From the NCBI GenBank assembly GCA_951406725.2, contig OX597819.1:81468001-81532000 (forward strand): a stretch of DNA of 64,000 nucleotides, given 5' to 3'. Numbering within the stretch: position 1 is the first letter of the stretch; every line of letters begins with the position of its first letter. Source of the DNA: Octopus vulgaris. Lineage: Eukaryota. A program made the translations under genes and the position numbers. Of the stretch, positions 1-15,010 are shown in pieces. The notes beneath the pieces were generated by a model, which was given only the letters and a program-made list of their open reading frames with translations, did not search any database and was not told where the DNA came from.

Positions 1-143
1 ACACATTCTGTAAAGCGGTTGGCATTAAGAAACCATGCCAAATTAGACTGGTGTCTGATGCAGCTCCCCAACTTGCCAGCTCTGGTCAAACGATCCAGCC
101 CATGCCAACATGGACAGTGGATGTTAAATGATGATGCTGATGA
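1..143 (+). mobile_element. 3' tail of RTE-type retroposon (tail family T1), cut by window edge
   Basis: ggttggcattaagaa...ccatgccaacatggacagtggatgttaaatgatgatgctgatga matches the T1 tail at 40870-41040, including the (GAT)n end. Confidence 0.75.
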
Positions 144-3100
144 TATATATATATATTATGCTGTCTATTCACTAATTTCCAATATTATTCTGATGTGTAA
201 TTCTACCTGTTGTTTTTTAAGTCCATACAGCACATCATTAACCCACATTGGCAGTTAAATATGACAATTTTTTTAGTAATTTTCAGTATATCAACCTAGT
301 ACCAGCTCACTTCATTATAAATATACCAACCATATTATATAAGTATTTTGCCTATTTATGTTGCTTTTGTTGTTGTTGTTGCTGTTGTTTACTCAATTCA
401 TCTCTGATTGAGCAGAGCTATGATCAAAAGTTTTCTCCACTATCACCAACCCATCTATTTTAGAAGTTATCCATTTTTATCCTTTTCTTTTCCTTCCAAA
501 GTGGAAGGGTGAGATAAAAGGAAGATTAAGAAGATTTATTATTCACAGTAGAGAGAAAAATCATAAATAGATTCCTTTCTCGGCTAATTGCATGTTTATA
601 TTTTCATATAAGCCAGGGTTGATGTCAGTATTATCAGAAAGGACATATAAAAGAAAATCATAATAATATATATGTGCTTGAGTTTATATTTAATTTGCAA
701 ATAAATAACTAATGAAATATAACTACTGTTTATTTTAGGATAATTTCTATTCCATAACAATTATAAATAAACCATTTTTAATTAAACCTTTTGTTATCAT
801 ACTTCTCTAGAAAAACCGTGCCTTTTTTCAATCAATTTTGAAAATAATAAAGTATTTAGTGAAACATCTGTCAGTATTAAACTGGTGTTTGAAACTTTAT
901 TTAACATCAAATTTTGATGGGAGGTTTTAATTTAGATAACTTTTAAACAGGTAGCTTATATCATAGAACTACAGCAGTTCAGGATAGATTGATATCAAAA
1001 GAGTTTATGTAGGAATGGATTGTTGAAACATTCGATTCTCCATTGAAACCATTTCATTTAATCAACTAATTTACTTAGGAAAATAGTACTATAACAAAAG
1101 TCTTTGTTTCTTCATTTCTTATTTTTATTTCCCTCACATTTCTTATTTCCTATTTTTATTTCTCCCTCTTGATGTACTTACTATGTTTGTCACATTCTGT
1201 ATGTAAAATTCTTATTGTATTACACATCTAACACTTATTTTTATTTTTACAAAGAGTGAACATGGGAACAATCCAGTGTTCAAGCCTTTTTTAAAGTTGT
1301 TATCAGCATAGGAGGAGTGAGATGCTTCGAAATGAGATCAAAACTAAAAGCAGTTGGGGAGTTCTGCTCATTCAAAAGATTCCTACTTTTTACTCTGTGT
1401 CACTTACCACAGAAAAATGTATACATAAAATATTTGCTTCTAAATAACTTTCATTCAATTTATAGTTTGTTTGTCTCCAATAATCTTGAATATTTTGTAT
1501 ATAATCTTAGCTGAGAGAAGTGTTTTGTAAACTGAAATAAACTGTTTTTGACAAGCTGAAAGGAATCATCAGAAAATAAGCATCTCAGTTTGAATATTTT
1601 ACTGCAGAAAATATATTAAATATTTTACTCTTGGTTAAGAAAATATAATATTTTCCAATTTTATTGATTGGTTATTTTCTTTCGTATGATGATCTGAATT
1701 TATTTAGTATGGAAAACAGACAACCAAGGATTCTGCAGGGAAAAATAACAGCATGTTGTCTCAGGCTAATTTGATAATATGGGGAAAGTGGTCGCAAAAT
1801 GCTTAAATAGAAAACAAAAATCAAGAAAAATCATGCATTTTCCCTTCTTTAGCCTGAAGGAAAATAACTTTGCAGCCTTTATTTGTAAGCAGAGTTATGA
1901 TATGATCACAATCAAAAGCCAGCAGCCTCATCTATTTTCTGCTGCACTCCTCCAGTCAATTGCTGCCTATGAGATTCTGACATTTTTTATTCTATTTTTT
2001 GACCCCGCAGTATGACTATTCTTCAATGTGATTGCACTTTCACATAATGCTATTGTAGCAATGTTATAATGTCATAAACTCCTTATTAACAATATAACCG
2101 TCAGTGAACACCAATGGGACCTCAGAATGAGAGGCAGCAATAAGCCCTTAGGGTATGTAAGGCAAATAACCTAAAGGCTGCATCTAAAGCCAGTCAAAGC
2201 TGTAAGAGAAGAAAAAAGTCAATTTAGCAAGGATGTGTAAGAGGAAAGAGAATATCATTATGTGCATGAGATCCCTAGTGCATTTAGTTAGGTTTTTATA
2301 TTTGCATGTTTAGGCAGCTGGAAAACTTCCCTGGATAGTTTGTTGTTTTTTTTTTTACATAACAGTATAAAGCAATAACAATAAATACTTGCCTAAAATT
2401 GTGTAAAAGTATTTGAATATGATTTAACAAATAATAGCTTTAACTGTGTAAATTCAGGCAACAAAATCAAAGTGAATTTACTGGTAATCTTCTTAGACAT
2501 TGATTTCGTTTTAACAGTCCACCTCTTGAAATGATGTTTTCTTCTGCTTTTTTCCCCACCTCTTATTCTTAATGTTTTTTTCCCTTCTTTCTGTTGGCTA
2601 TTACCTTATATCTATGGAAGTTACTTGAGAGGTTTCTAAAGGATTACAAATAATGATATTGCAGAGATTATGAGAGATCTTGTTAGTGCTGTTGCTGCTA
2701 TTGTTTAGCAACCCTTGCCACCACTGCCACCACCAGATGAACTATAATTGAACAGGCCTATGCTCAAATGTATTCCAACTGCAACCATCTCATCCTCTCA
2801 GGAACTGCATAGCTAGGACTACATTATCCAATGTGGTCAAACCTTTGCAAGTAAGTAGGGTGTTCATTGAGGGTAGCTATTTCAAGTAGATCCAGGAACC
2901 ACATAGTAATTTTTTTATTCCCTGAATGAAATTACTTTTGGTTCCTTGATATGTAAGTTGAAAGTTATTTGAAGGGTTACAAGAGATACAATTAGGTGGG
3001 GTAGCAAGGGCAAAGGATAGATTGCTTGAAGTTAACTGAGTTTTACAACAAACTATAATAGAGAAATTATTTGAGAAGACGTTTGAGGCTTTCTTAAGAG

Positions 3101-5995
3101 GTTTAGAGAGAGGAAAATTGGAAAATACAATAATAGAATGGCTAAAAGTTGACAGAGTAGCTACTTGAGTATTATAATAGATGTTACAAGAAGTGTTTAT
3201 AGAGTAATTAATAGGGACTATGCTAAAGGGAATGAGAATTTCATAGAGAGCACACTATGGAAGTTATTAGAAGAGTAACATTTGAATTTATTAAGGGGGA
3301 ATAAATTATCATTAAAAGTCGTTTAATATCATTATTGAACTGGTAAAAAGAAAAGATAATGAAGAGCAGACAGTAGAAAGATGAAGAGTTTCATATTCAG
3401 TAGACAGATTTAGTGTGTCACTTGACAAATTTAGTACATCAATGGATGGACAAATACTTCATGATATTTAGTACCTTTTTCTATAATCAGAGTTCAGATC
3501 CTGCTAGGATTGACTTTACTTTGCATTCCACTGGAATTAATAAATTACGGATAAGTACTGGATTTAGTTAGATGAACTATGCACCTTTTCAAGACTGTTT
3601 AGCCTTAGTAGAATACTGGATTGGATATTCTATATTTCAAACAAGTTAAAAATTTTATTTCAGCAAAGATTTTATTACTTTTTTTATTTATCGAGTGTCA
3701 AGAAATAAGTACCTGCTTTTTGTTGTCATACAAATGAAAATGAAATCAATCAAAAATGGAATGATGTATGTAACTTTATCGATGTAGAGAAAAAGGAGGA
3801 AAGACCCATGTTTGGTCACTGGCTAATTATTTTCAGAATCAGAATTATGAAAGCACAACTCCAGAATGGTTTTGCCTATAATTTAAAATCAAACTTTACC
3901 TAAATGTTAGCACTAAAAATCCTTTGTGGACCTCAAAAGATCCATTGTGTGGCTACCTAATGCTTTTTAGAGTGAGCACCAAAGTTGAATGCTAATGCAG
4001 AATAATTCTTTACACACCACAAGAATCCATTGTATTGGTGCTTGACTAAGGTTTCTGTAGCATTAATCAGGTGAGAAGAATAAACCTCTTTTTGTGTGAG
4101 TTACTTGTGGACAGAACTAATTTTAGAAGCTCAAGCTGATAAATTTCATGCCTGCTGTTAGTTACAGCAGTCGAAATTTCTCAGTAGTTGCTTGTTTGGC
4201 TTAACTTAATTAACTTTACTGGATTCATTTCTTTTCATATTTGGACAGTACTCTTAAATTTAGTTCTCAAAGCTCGTAAGTTATCAGAAATAGGTACCTA
4301 ATTGTATGGGAATGTTACTAGTGCTAGATAATGACTATATTAAAATTGCTTTCTCTCCTTATTTAATGCATGAATTTAAAGATAAACACCAGTAAAATAT
4401 ACCTAGCACATAAAGCAACTTAAGGAAGTTATCCAGTCACTGAAGCCATGCCAAAGGCAACATTATAGCTTTATGCAGCCCTCTGGTTCACCAGTTTCTG
4501 TAAAACCCTTCAGCCAATGCTAGTATGGAAAACAGGCATTTAATGGTGATATGGTGATGATGATAATGAATGCTGGTGATATATAAAACCTCATGAGTGG
4601 ATTGATAAACAGAAACTGAAGGAAGCTTCTTGCGTATATTCATATTCATGTGAGTGTATTATGTATGTAATTATGTGTGCGTGAGCATATGTTTGTCTTG
4701 ACATCATGTGATCATTATAGACAAGTTTCACCATTCATTTCCAATTGTCTGTTAAAAATAAACCTGTATGGCCATGGGGAAATACTACCTTACTTATAAA
4801 ACAAGTGAGGATTGGATATCTGGTACTTGAGAATTAATTTCAATAAACTTTGTCCGATGACCCATGCAATTTATGGAAAAGCGAACATTAAAACAATGAT
4901 GTTGATGTTGATTACACACAAACACACACACATATATATATATCAGTAAATCAAAAACAAAAATAAAAACAAAAACAACAAAGATCAAAAGTCATACATA
5001 GTGAATGTATTAAGTTGTTACTCAATTTAAGCTGGTAAAAAAGAGTAGGGTGTGATTTTTCAAGCATGGCTCTTCAGCAGAAAGAGGAAAAGTCTGAAGA
5101 GAAGGACACAACTTGCTGCAAAGAATTGACCTCACAACCTTACAATCATGAGCCAAATTCCCTAACCATTAAGGCATGTACCTACACATATATATATATA
5201 TTTTTGATATCATCTAGGTAATAACCTCATAAAATACATTTCAAAGCTCCTCTATGATTTTCAGTTACTATATGCCATCATGCAGCAGGGTTATTCTTTT
5301 TATTGACTATACATGTGAAACTCTGTCAGTGTATGCAAAATTTGGACATCTTTTAATGACTGATTAAGTAACTGTGATGGGTGCCAGAACAATAGAAATT
5401 CAGTTTTATGAGTGGACTAGCAGACAAGGTGGCATCCCACTAGGATAAAAGGATGACCATGGGTCCTTTAAAGTAAAAAAAATTACAGAAAAAAGAGCTA
5501 ATGAATGCTTTTCGTCTATATCTTGATATTTCAGACTGCTAATTTATCTTCAGAAAAAAAAGCAACATGCTTATGATGGAATAAAAAAAGACAGAATTTT
5601 AAGTTTGATTTATAGTTTTGGTTTTGATTTCCATTAACTAATTTTGGTTTATTTGTTTTGTAATTTTACATTTTAATTTTTTAATGCTATTATTTAATTT
5701 GGTATTTTTATGACTTATATCTATTTGAATCTATAAGCTACTCAGTATAAAGAGAATGCTAAAAATACTGTTGGGTATAAAATGATGGGAAATTGAATAT
5801 GGTTCTACAGTGCTATCAAAACCACTCACCTGATGACGTCCTGGTACACATCTGCTGCCAGATCATGTTATTCTTATAATTATTTACATAATATTTTTTT
5901 GTAATAGTATGACATGGAAAAGTCAGCAACTAACAGCTGTTATCATTGCACAGAAACAGTTGTTGTGATTTGTGATTAAAGCCTCTTCATTCCAA

Positions 5996-6570
5996 TACAA
6001 GGTGGTATCAAAAAGTTCCCAGACTAGTTCTGTAGTGCACCAACAGATGCTAGCACATGATTACATGTGCAATGAGAGCTAATAGTGACCATCATGAGGC
6101 AGTGTACTGAGTGACATTGCTATGTTTGCTGTATATGGAACAAAGACAGGAACAGTTTATGACGAGCCAATGTGAAATTGTGTTAAACTTGGGCAGTCTG
6201 CTACAGAGATATTGAGTATGCTTCAGCAAGCTTATGATAAAGAGACAATGAGTCATACACTGTGTTTCCAGTGGCATGGGTGCTTCAAAAGTAGAACATC
6301 CCTGGATGACAATGAAAGATCGGAAAGGCCTACCACAAGTGTCACTCCTAGAAATGTGGTACTGTGTAACAAGAATTCATCCCTCAGGATCAGATCATCA
6401 ATTGAGAGTTCTAATGTAATGTTCTGAAACATCTGATGGAGAACATTCTGTGAAAGCAACCAGATCTGTGGAGCATAAACAACTGGATTTTTCACTGAGC
6501 TCTTATAACCACTGTAACAGCATACTTCTTCATTTCTTGAGTAATCTGAGGGTCTGCCATTATTATTTTC
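5996..6570 (+). mobile_element. Internally deleted mariner (DD34D-type) relic
   Basis: TA + left TIR caaggtggtatcaaaaagttcccagactag, shared with 35151; N-terminal HTH-like LGQSATEILSMLQQAYDKETMSHTLCFQWHGCFKSRTSLDDNERSERPTTSVTPRNV; later KQPDLWSINNWIFH; no right TIR seen. Confidence 0.85.
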
Positions 6571-8399
6571 TGAACCAAAGATTATACAGAGTTAGCAAAA
6601 AATGCAACAATGACCCAAAAAAGGTATGTCCTAAAATACCTTTCACACCCTGTATATATATATTTAGTTACAATTTTCACTCTTTTCTTACATCTTCCAT
6701 CTTATGGTGCTTTCTTTACAGTTAAATATACTGATTGAGAGAACTTCTGAAGTGTTTAAGACATAAACACTGCAATGTACCAGCGTAAGGCCAAACTTGC
6801 AATCCACCCAACAGTCATGTAATGCCCTATTAACCCAATATACCTGCTCTTCATTACAGAAGAGATATATAATATTATTTAGTTCATCGAATCAATAATA
6901 TAATAGTTAAATGTTGTAAGCACTATATGAGAAGTCAAGATAATATTCAATGTTGAGAGCTGATTTGTTATCTCAAGGGTAACTGTAAGTATAGAAAACT
7001 TCTTATCAATCAGCTAGCATGAGACATTTGTGACAGATAAGTTTCCTGACGAAATACAAATTTGAATAACGTTTAAAGTACTGGTTGCAATCACCCTGCT
7101 GGAAGATATGCAATATAAATGTAAGAAATCACATTAACTTGATATACTTTATCTAATTTTCGTATTTTTAAATGACTTTTTTTTTAATCTAGGTTTCAGA
7201 TTATTGTTAACTCCTTCTACACACCTGAAAATAATTCTGATTTTTTTTCACAAAATCTAATAACTTGTATCATATAATGGAAAGTAATGCTAATCTTTAT
7301 TTAGTTAGCAACTCTTCATTTCTATGTAGTCAAATCTAATGCTAGTTTTAGTTTTTCAGTTGAAACTATTGCTAATTCATACTACTTAGCCAAAATTTTA
7401 TGTTAATTTAGACAAGACAGCCCAAGCTATTGTGAATTAATGACAGTTATCTTAAATTCATGTCACTTGGTTAAAAATAATTGCTAATTCTTGCTGCAAC
7501 TGGGATTATTATTTAATTATGTATACATGCTTAAGCTACAGCAAATTCATGTCCATCGGGTGAAATTAAAGCTAATTCTTGCTATAAATTAAAAGCAATT
7601 ATTAATTTTAGCAACATCCCTAATCAAATGTCCACTACAAGATAATAGTTTGACAGAATCATTAGAGTATTGAGCAAAATGCCTTGTGATATTTCTTTTA
7701 ACCTTATATGTTATGAGTTCAAATTTTTCAGGGTTCATCTTTGACTTTCATCTCACCAGGATCGATAAAACAAACATCTATCATGCACTTGGATCAATCT
7801 AATCAACTGATCCAAGATTCTTCAGTCAAGAAACTATTACTTTTTATTTTTTAATTTTGTGCTTATTTAAGTTACAAGACTCTAATCATGTTGGGGTATC
7901 ACCCTAGAGAATTTAGTCAAAAAAAATGTACCCTAATACTTATTTTTTAAGTCTGCTATTTATTCAATTGGTCTCTTGAGCTGATTTACTAAGTTACAGT
8001 AACATAAACAAACCAACACTGGTTGTCAAGTGGTGGGATGGGGGGAACATAAATATACACACACACACATTTACATAAAAAGGCTTCTATACATTTTCCA
8101 TCTACCAAATTGTTGAGAAACCCAAGCAAATTTTAGTACTGTTTCAGGTGAGTAAAGGTTTAAATCCCAAAAGCCACAGTGTTCCTATGAAAAACAGCAA
8201 CCCCAGGTATCAACAGCTTCAAAAGACACTTTGTGTGACATAAACCAATAGAAGAGTGTTTATTTTCGGTTTTTGTTACATTAAGCAAAGAAGACGTGAG
8301 TTTATGACAAGTCTATTTTCATGAAAGAAGTGACTAATGCAAGAGAGGTAAGACAAGAAAACAGCTATATTTTTTCATAGGGGACACTGCATTATCATC

Positions 8400-8560
8400 A
8401 TCATCTTTTTAATGTTCATTTTTTTCATGCTGGCATGTGTCTGACGGAATTTGTTCAGACAGATTTTCTATGGTTCTTACTGTTGCTAACTCTCATTAGC
8501 AAGTAAGGTAAAATTTCCCCATGACCGGGCATGCAGAAGATTGAACATTAGGAACTCAGC
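8400..8560 (-). mobile_element. RTE-type 3' tail, family T2
   Basis: (CAT)n followed by ttttaatgttcatt...catgctggcatg...aagtaaggtaaaatttccccatgacc; the same block recurs near 14.4, 23.4, 25.3, 36.5, 40.2 and 63.1 kb. Confidence 0.65.
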
Positions 8561-8614
8561 TCATATGATGGTGACACTTGCTGACAATTCTCACATAATG
8601 TCTAGGCAAGGAAA

Positions 8615-8892
8615 CACACACACACGCATACACACACACACACACACACGTGCACACACACACACACATGCATGCATACATGCATACATACATACATACA
8701 TACATACATACAGACATACATACATACATACATACATACAGACATACATACAGACATACATACAGACATACATACAGACATACATACATACAGACATACA
8801 TACAGACATACATACATACAGACATACATACATACAGACATACATACAGACATACATACATACATACAGACATACATTCATTCATTCATTCA
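8615..8892. repeat. Compound microsatellite (CA)n-(CATA)n-[CAGA(CATA)2]n-(CATT)n
   Basis: Directly visible; it produces the TH/YI/CV-rich ORFs at 8541-9059. Confidence 0.95.
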
Positions 8893-9526
8893 TAAGATTT
8901 CTTTCAGTTTCTATCTACCAGATCCACTCACAAGGCTTTTGTTGGCCTGGGGAAATAGTAGAAGACACTTTTCCAAACAGTATGGTTGGAAACCATATTT
9001 CTTACTACTCAGCCATGCTTGTGTCAGTTCATCATGGAAAGCAAAATAGAAACTCATGATAAGATTTACTCATTACATGTAATATGCATTTCATGAGTTA
9101 CTTAGGCTGACAAGGGCAAGTCAATTCTTGGAAGGAACTATTGTAAGATGTTAAATTTAGTGAGCTAATATATGAACTTTCATACATTTACACTACCAAT
9201 TCAATGTAGGTGTTAAATCTTTCCATTCCTGCTCTTTACTATCATTAAAATAAAATCAAAAGCTAATTTTTAAGAGAGTGTACACTCGATAAGCATGAAA
9301 TATTCAAATAGCAACCAATCACAGCAATTTGAAATGAATCACAAATTTAACAAGCTTGATGTACTTCATTTATATATCAAAAGAAAATATTTATTAAACC
9401 TTAGGCACCACTTAAATATGTGAAGTGTCAGCTTTGACCCGTATAGATCTGCAATATGTCCAACATCTTCAAATACCTAAATATCTAAATATCTCATTAT
9501 AACACCTGAATACAACATTACTATCC

Positions 9527-9596
9527 TCAAATCACAGTATGTGAATCATCAGGAAGTTTCATGTCATCAAAGGAACCTCTAATATAGTTGCTTAAA
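9527..9596 (-). CDS. Candidate terminal coding exon (xLSNYIRGSFDDMKLPDDSHTVI*)
   Basis: Minus-strand acceptor tttggttactgtttcctgcag; only one frame is open to TGA at 9527; AATAAA at 9395-9390. No homology recognised. Confidence 0.25.
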
Positions 9597-10528
9597 CTGC
9601 AGGAAACAGTAACCAAATTTGTAATATACAAATGGGCAGGAGCTCTAACGAATAACAACAATAAACATGCATATATATACATACACACACATGCACAGGC
9701 ATGCAAACATGCATGGACACACATACACAAGCCTACAGACATGTATGTATGCATATACAAACATGTATGTAAGCATATATGTAAGCAAACATATGTTCTC
9801 ACATATATCTCTTGGGTATGCTTTACATTTTATGTTAACTTCAGCTTTTGGTTGGGTATCATCTGGTACCATACTACCCTCACCTCACTTCAACTAAAGT
9901 GATCCATGAGGTTCTTAAAATACCAGCTTATAAATAGGTCTTCTAGAAAAAGCTACTATTCAGACCACACAGACTACCAACAGTGTTCTACACTTCTCTT
10001 TAGATGGACATCTCTTTCTCCAAACTTCCTAAACACCTCTTCAGAAGGAATAGCTAAGACAATAATTAGCTCAAATAGCTTGTGTTAACCCATAGTGTGT
10101 TGTACTTTACTAAAGTTTTGTCTTTAATCTACTGATTAAAACTTCTTTCTTCATTTGCAAGCTAAATTGTTAGTTTGGTTGTCTACATCCTGATCCTTAA
10201 ACAGATTTTACAGAATTTTACAAAATAAATTATTTTTATTAGCAAGCTATGTATCTTGGTTTTAAATTCACATATTTTCATCCATTATGCATAAACTCAC
10301 ACAGATATTCAATATTCTTAAAGTAAGTCCAGAAAATGGATCCCAGTCAGTTTCAGTTATAAATATTCAATAGTTTTATCAAATGAATTACCTACCCATT
10401 GAATTAACTTGTACTGTTGAGCTTATCACAGGGTTGCTTGGTTGCTCATGTTCAGCTGGTTAATGTCTGAGCCATCATTGTTATAATGGATGGCTTTATT
10501 ATAATTGCTACAGTGTACATGTGGAATG

Positions 10529-11218
10529 CAGAGGCATAGCCAGGTTCTAAAGTTAGGGGGAGTGAGCACATTGAAAAAAGGTACCGTAGCACATACCAAA
10601 CAATTTTTAACTCGTTTTGCAAGATTCCTGATGTGGAATTATTTGTAGAAACAGATATTGATATATTTGGGTATGATATTATTTTTGCTAATTAACCATA
10701 TGCATTACATACTTAGTCTTCACTTCTGCTTTATTATTATTCCTATTTAGGCATAGTATTTTTAACTAATTTCTCTTATATTACACAAAATATTTCATTA
10801 GTTGTAATAAACGTAACTGTATTCATTAATTTCATGTTTCAGCAACAATGTCGTTATGTATGAAACTTACAAATACTGATATAGATATGACATGAAGTAG
10901 ATGAAACTCCACAATATCATCCAGTGGTGAGAGATTATGAAATGGGGGTTTGTTTATTTTGGTTCTTCAAGTGTCAGTGGCCACTGACATATCACAGGGG
11001 ATTGATCAGACAGTTGAAAAAATACAGGCAGTTGGTTAAATAAAGTAATGACTCCAGAAAGTTCTTTCAAAGCTATGGGAGTAAAAAAAATGTGACTTGA
11101 TTTTTATTGCACAAGTGAACTAAAGAGATAAAGAAAGTTGCTGAAAAGGTGCCAATTTTGAAAAATGTGCTCAGAGGTGGTGATCACTGCCTTTGCTTCC
11201 CTATAAGCTATGCTTCTA
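10529..11218. mobile_element. Non-autonomous hAT-type element, about 690 bp
   Basis: Imperfect TIRs CAGAGGCATAGC / GCTATGCTTCTA; flanking 8-mers GTGGAATG and GCAGAATG (6/8) fit a decayed 8-bp TSD. Confidence 0.55.
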
Positions 11219-13061
11219 GCAGAATGTCATTGGTTGTGTGGATAATAGTTGGAGCTAACTCATAAACCTTTAATATTTATTACCACACATAATATTTGTG
11301 TTGGCTGTTTACAGTAAAAGGTGTTAATAATACAATTGCCAACTGATATATTGTGTTGGCTAATTCACAACAAAAAATATTAATAACATAATTGCCAACT
11401 GGCTTCTGTATAGTTTTTGTCTGCCCAGTTTCACTCACAAGGCTTAGGTCAACTCAAGGCTCTTGTAAAGATGTTAAACAGTGGGATTGAACCTGAATCC
11501 TCATAATTACAAAGCAAACTTGTAAACCACTCAGAAATGCAACATTGATAATTATCATTTAATATTTTGTATACACACTCATACACATACATTCATATAT
11601 ACAAACACATGCACACATATGAACATGCACACATACACAGAAAAAGAAAAACATATATATATAAGTTCAATATTCTGATTCATTTGTGATGAAATTTTAA
11701 ACTATTTTCAGAACAATATTTCGTTGCTATTTTGTAAGTTCAGCAACACAACAGATGACTTATTTAACATGACTACACTAAAATATTTGTATTATATTGA
11801 CACTGTCATTTGTCAAACCAGAATAACATGAAATATATTTGATGCTATTAACCTTTCTGAGTTTTATATATATATATATATATATCAGAGTAGTACATTG
11901 CTATCCTGGTTGATAGTTGCTACAATGCATTATGTAGATATTTGGTGCATTGCTTTTGTTAACCAACTCAACAATATTAACAGGAAATGAAATAATAAGA
12001 TAACTGGGTTACAACAGCAAGTGTGTCAGTGAGGTTTAATGCGATCAGCTCTGAATCTCTGAAACTAAGTTAGAGAGACACATGTGGCTGTTTGTATTAT
12101 GACTGATCACTTGCATCATGCTGAAAAATCACTTGCTTCCCTTAGTCTTCATAGCAAAGCAGCATTCTGCAAATTGTTATCATTGGTGATAATCTTCATA
12201 ACTGACAAAGCAGAAATAGCTTAGCAGTTCAGAACAGGATAGTTTTATTACCAAGATATAAACATTCAATTTAGACTTTGATGGAAACAATTTTATATTC
12301 TTCACTTCCATCATTAACTACCTGAGTTTTCAACTAATGCTGGTCACTTTACATAGCAATTGACCTTAACTCTATGAAGATGTCTATCTTTGCAGGCATC
12401 AGTTGATCTCCAAAGAGTACATGAAGCCCAAGTAGATTGTTTGGGTGTTTATGGCAAGGAGATAAACTCACTATCTGTCCTGACAAACACTAACTATGTT
12501 GATGGATCACAGAAAAATTCGTCATGCAAATGGAAGCACTGAATGTGAAGAACTGCAGATACTAATAAAAGCCAGAATTAATAGCTTTAGGATTAAGGTA
12601 TCTCTGAATAAATGGTCAATAAAGAAAACAAACTGAATATGCTCTGGCTACAACTGTGTTATACTTTTAGCTTATCATACATCTCTCTGCAAGAATGCTA
12701 TAAAAGCAAATTCTAGCTGGCAAGAGATGGAAATGTCAGCAGAGCTATCGAATGTAAACTTAGGTTCTAAGTTTGAATCTTTAGGACAGTTCAGGATTAG
12801 CTCAGCAATTTGGAATCCCTAGTGTCATGTTTGTTTTCCATAAAGCCTGGTATAAATTCTTTTCTGCAGCTGTATTGAAAAATAACTATGTTTCTCATTG
12901 CTCACTATCAAACTTAGAGATAGTTATCCATAGCTATGATAGCCCTCTGCCCATATTAATGTATCAGATATCAATATATTCATATTGATGGACATTGGAA
13001 CAGATATTCAATTGAAAGAAGTGACTCGTGAAATGAAAAATATAACTTGGAGATATTCTTA

Positions 13062-13292
13062 GGTACAAGCATGGCTGTGTAGTCAGTAGTTTGGTTCTCA
13101 ACCACATGATTCCAAGTTCAATCCCATTGTGTGGCAACTTGGATAAGTGTCTTCTACTGCAGTCCTGGGCTGACTAAAACCTTGTGAGTGCATTTGGTGA
13201 AGGGAAATTGAAAGAAGCCTATTGTATTGTGTGTGTATGTGTGTGTACATATATATATATACATACATATATATATATACATACATATATAT

Positions 13293-13339
<47 letters not shown>

Positions 13340-13868
13340 TAAGGAGTATAACTCCAAACTTACAGGGAAAAATTCAATTTAGTATAATTACTATATTATA
13401 TTAATCATTCATTTTATACTTTTTGAATAAAAGGTATATATATATATATATATTATATTAATTATATATATATTATTTGTTATTTATTTATTGGTTTATG
13501 TCTATCACTGTTTGAGTTGCATCATAGTGGTTTTATCTCTAATTCATATTTTATATATATATATACATAAATACAAACATACTCGTGTGTGTGCGTATAT
13601 ACATGTGTGTGTGTGTGTATGTGTGTGTGTGTGTGTATGTATGTGTGTGTGCATTTTTGTATTTGTGTCTGTTCCCCACCACTGCTTTACAGCCAGTGTT
13701 GATTTGTTTACATGCCTCTACTTCAGCACTTAAGCAAAGAAAATCAAAAACCTAAATATCAGGCTTTAAAAAATAAGTACTGGGTCCCATTCATTGAACT
13801 AAAATTTTCAAGGCAGTACTCCAGCATGGCAGCAGTCCAATGACTGAAACAAGTAAAAGATAAAAGAT
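13062..13868 (+). mobile_element. tRNA-derived SINE family A (head, central microsatellite, tail)
   Basis: Head gcatggctgtgt...gggattgaacttggaatc(rc)...gaaagaagcc; expanded (TA)n/(TG)n core; tail ...gactgaaacaagtaaaagataaaag; many copies in the window. Confidence 0.85.
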
Positions 13869-14589
13869 ATCAACACTAGCAACATGCTAGAAATATTTCT
13901 GTCTGTTTTAATAAATATTAGAGAAGATGAATATTTGTTTAAAATAAATGGAAACAATGAGAAAAGACCAGAATTTGTAATAAGTTGAGCAAGTTTCTAA
14001 AAGCCTTTGTTTACAAGATGACAATAATATGTTGTGGAGTATCAGAAAATGATAAGTTTAAGTTAATTAATTATTTGATTATTTAATAGTTATAAAAATC
14101 AGTTAACTAAAACCTGACAAGCAGTTCATCACAGCTGATCTGATGTAGTGTAGACATGCCTGTGTGGTTAACCCTGTGTTTTAATTTTGAGGTTCAGTTC
14201 CACTGTGCAGTATCTTGAGTATGTGTCTTCAGCTAAGTCTTCTGAATAGATTTAGTAGTAGAGAGAAACTGAAGAGAGCTCATTGAATGCGTCTATGTGT
14301 ATGTTTGTGAAGGAGGTGGGGGTGCAAGAGTATGCATGCCTGTGTGTGTTTGTGTCTCTTCATCTTGATAGTGAATAATAGTTCTAAATAAAAATATTAA
14401 CATCATAGAGGTAATGTTATTCATCTCAAATCTACAATGATCACATGTCCAGCTATAAGGAATTATTACCTTCCTTAGAAACAAAGGAGAGTTGGTGACA
14501 GGAATGGCATCCACTGGTCGAAATTCTGCCTCAATGAATTCCTTTGGCAAGCATGGGTCAGAAGGAATTCAGATATATATATATATATG

Positions 14590-14620
<31 letters not shown>

Positions 14621-14891
14621 CTCATATATGTCCATTGTTGTGATTAATAATATATTCTCATATATTCCATCTTCTGTTTTTCATTTGTTTTATATATATA
14701 TATATATACAGATATAGATATAGATATATAAACAAACATACACACACATACACACATGCATCATCATGATCATCTTTTAACATCCATCTTTCATACTGGA
14801 TTGGCTTCATTAGTGAGATACTCTTCCTAGTGCCACCACCCACTATATCTATCTATCTCTCTCTCTATCTATCTATATATCTATCTATCCA

Positions 14892-14977
<86 letters not shown>

Positions 14978-15010
14978 ACTTGTATGTATGTATGTATTTA
15001 TGTCACTTGT

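Noticed and set aside
6587-6652. 66-bp TA-flanked mini-transposon
   Set aside because: Terminal match limited to about 5 bases
6722-6784. 63-nt exon with good splice sites
   Set aside because: All three through-frames contain stops; it could only be UTR or a start exon (MYQ), with no further support
1402-8155. Isolated consensus donors (1402-1407 minus, near 5825 minus, near 8148 plus) and acceptors (near 1733 minus, near 7192 plus)
   Set aside because: No matching partner site with a convincing open frame; such motifs are expected by chance in 64 kb of AT-rich DNA
8541-9059. Long ORFs rich in TH/YI/CV/MY here and at about 13.1, 19.5, 20.2, 21.0, 23.5, 34.8, 44.1, 52.2, 53.9 and 62.7 kb
   Set aside because: They are stop-free translations of (CA)n, (TA)n and (CATA)n microsatellites
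12040-12900. Highly decayed LINE endonuclease (an SETKL-like motif)
   Set aside because: Motifs too sparse to assign without a profile search
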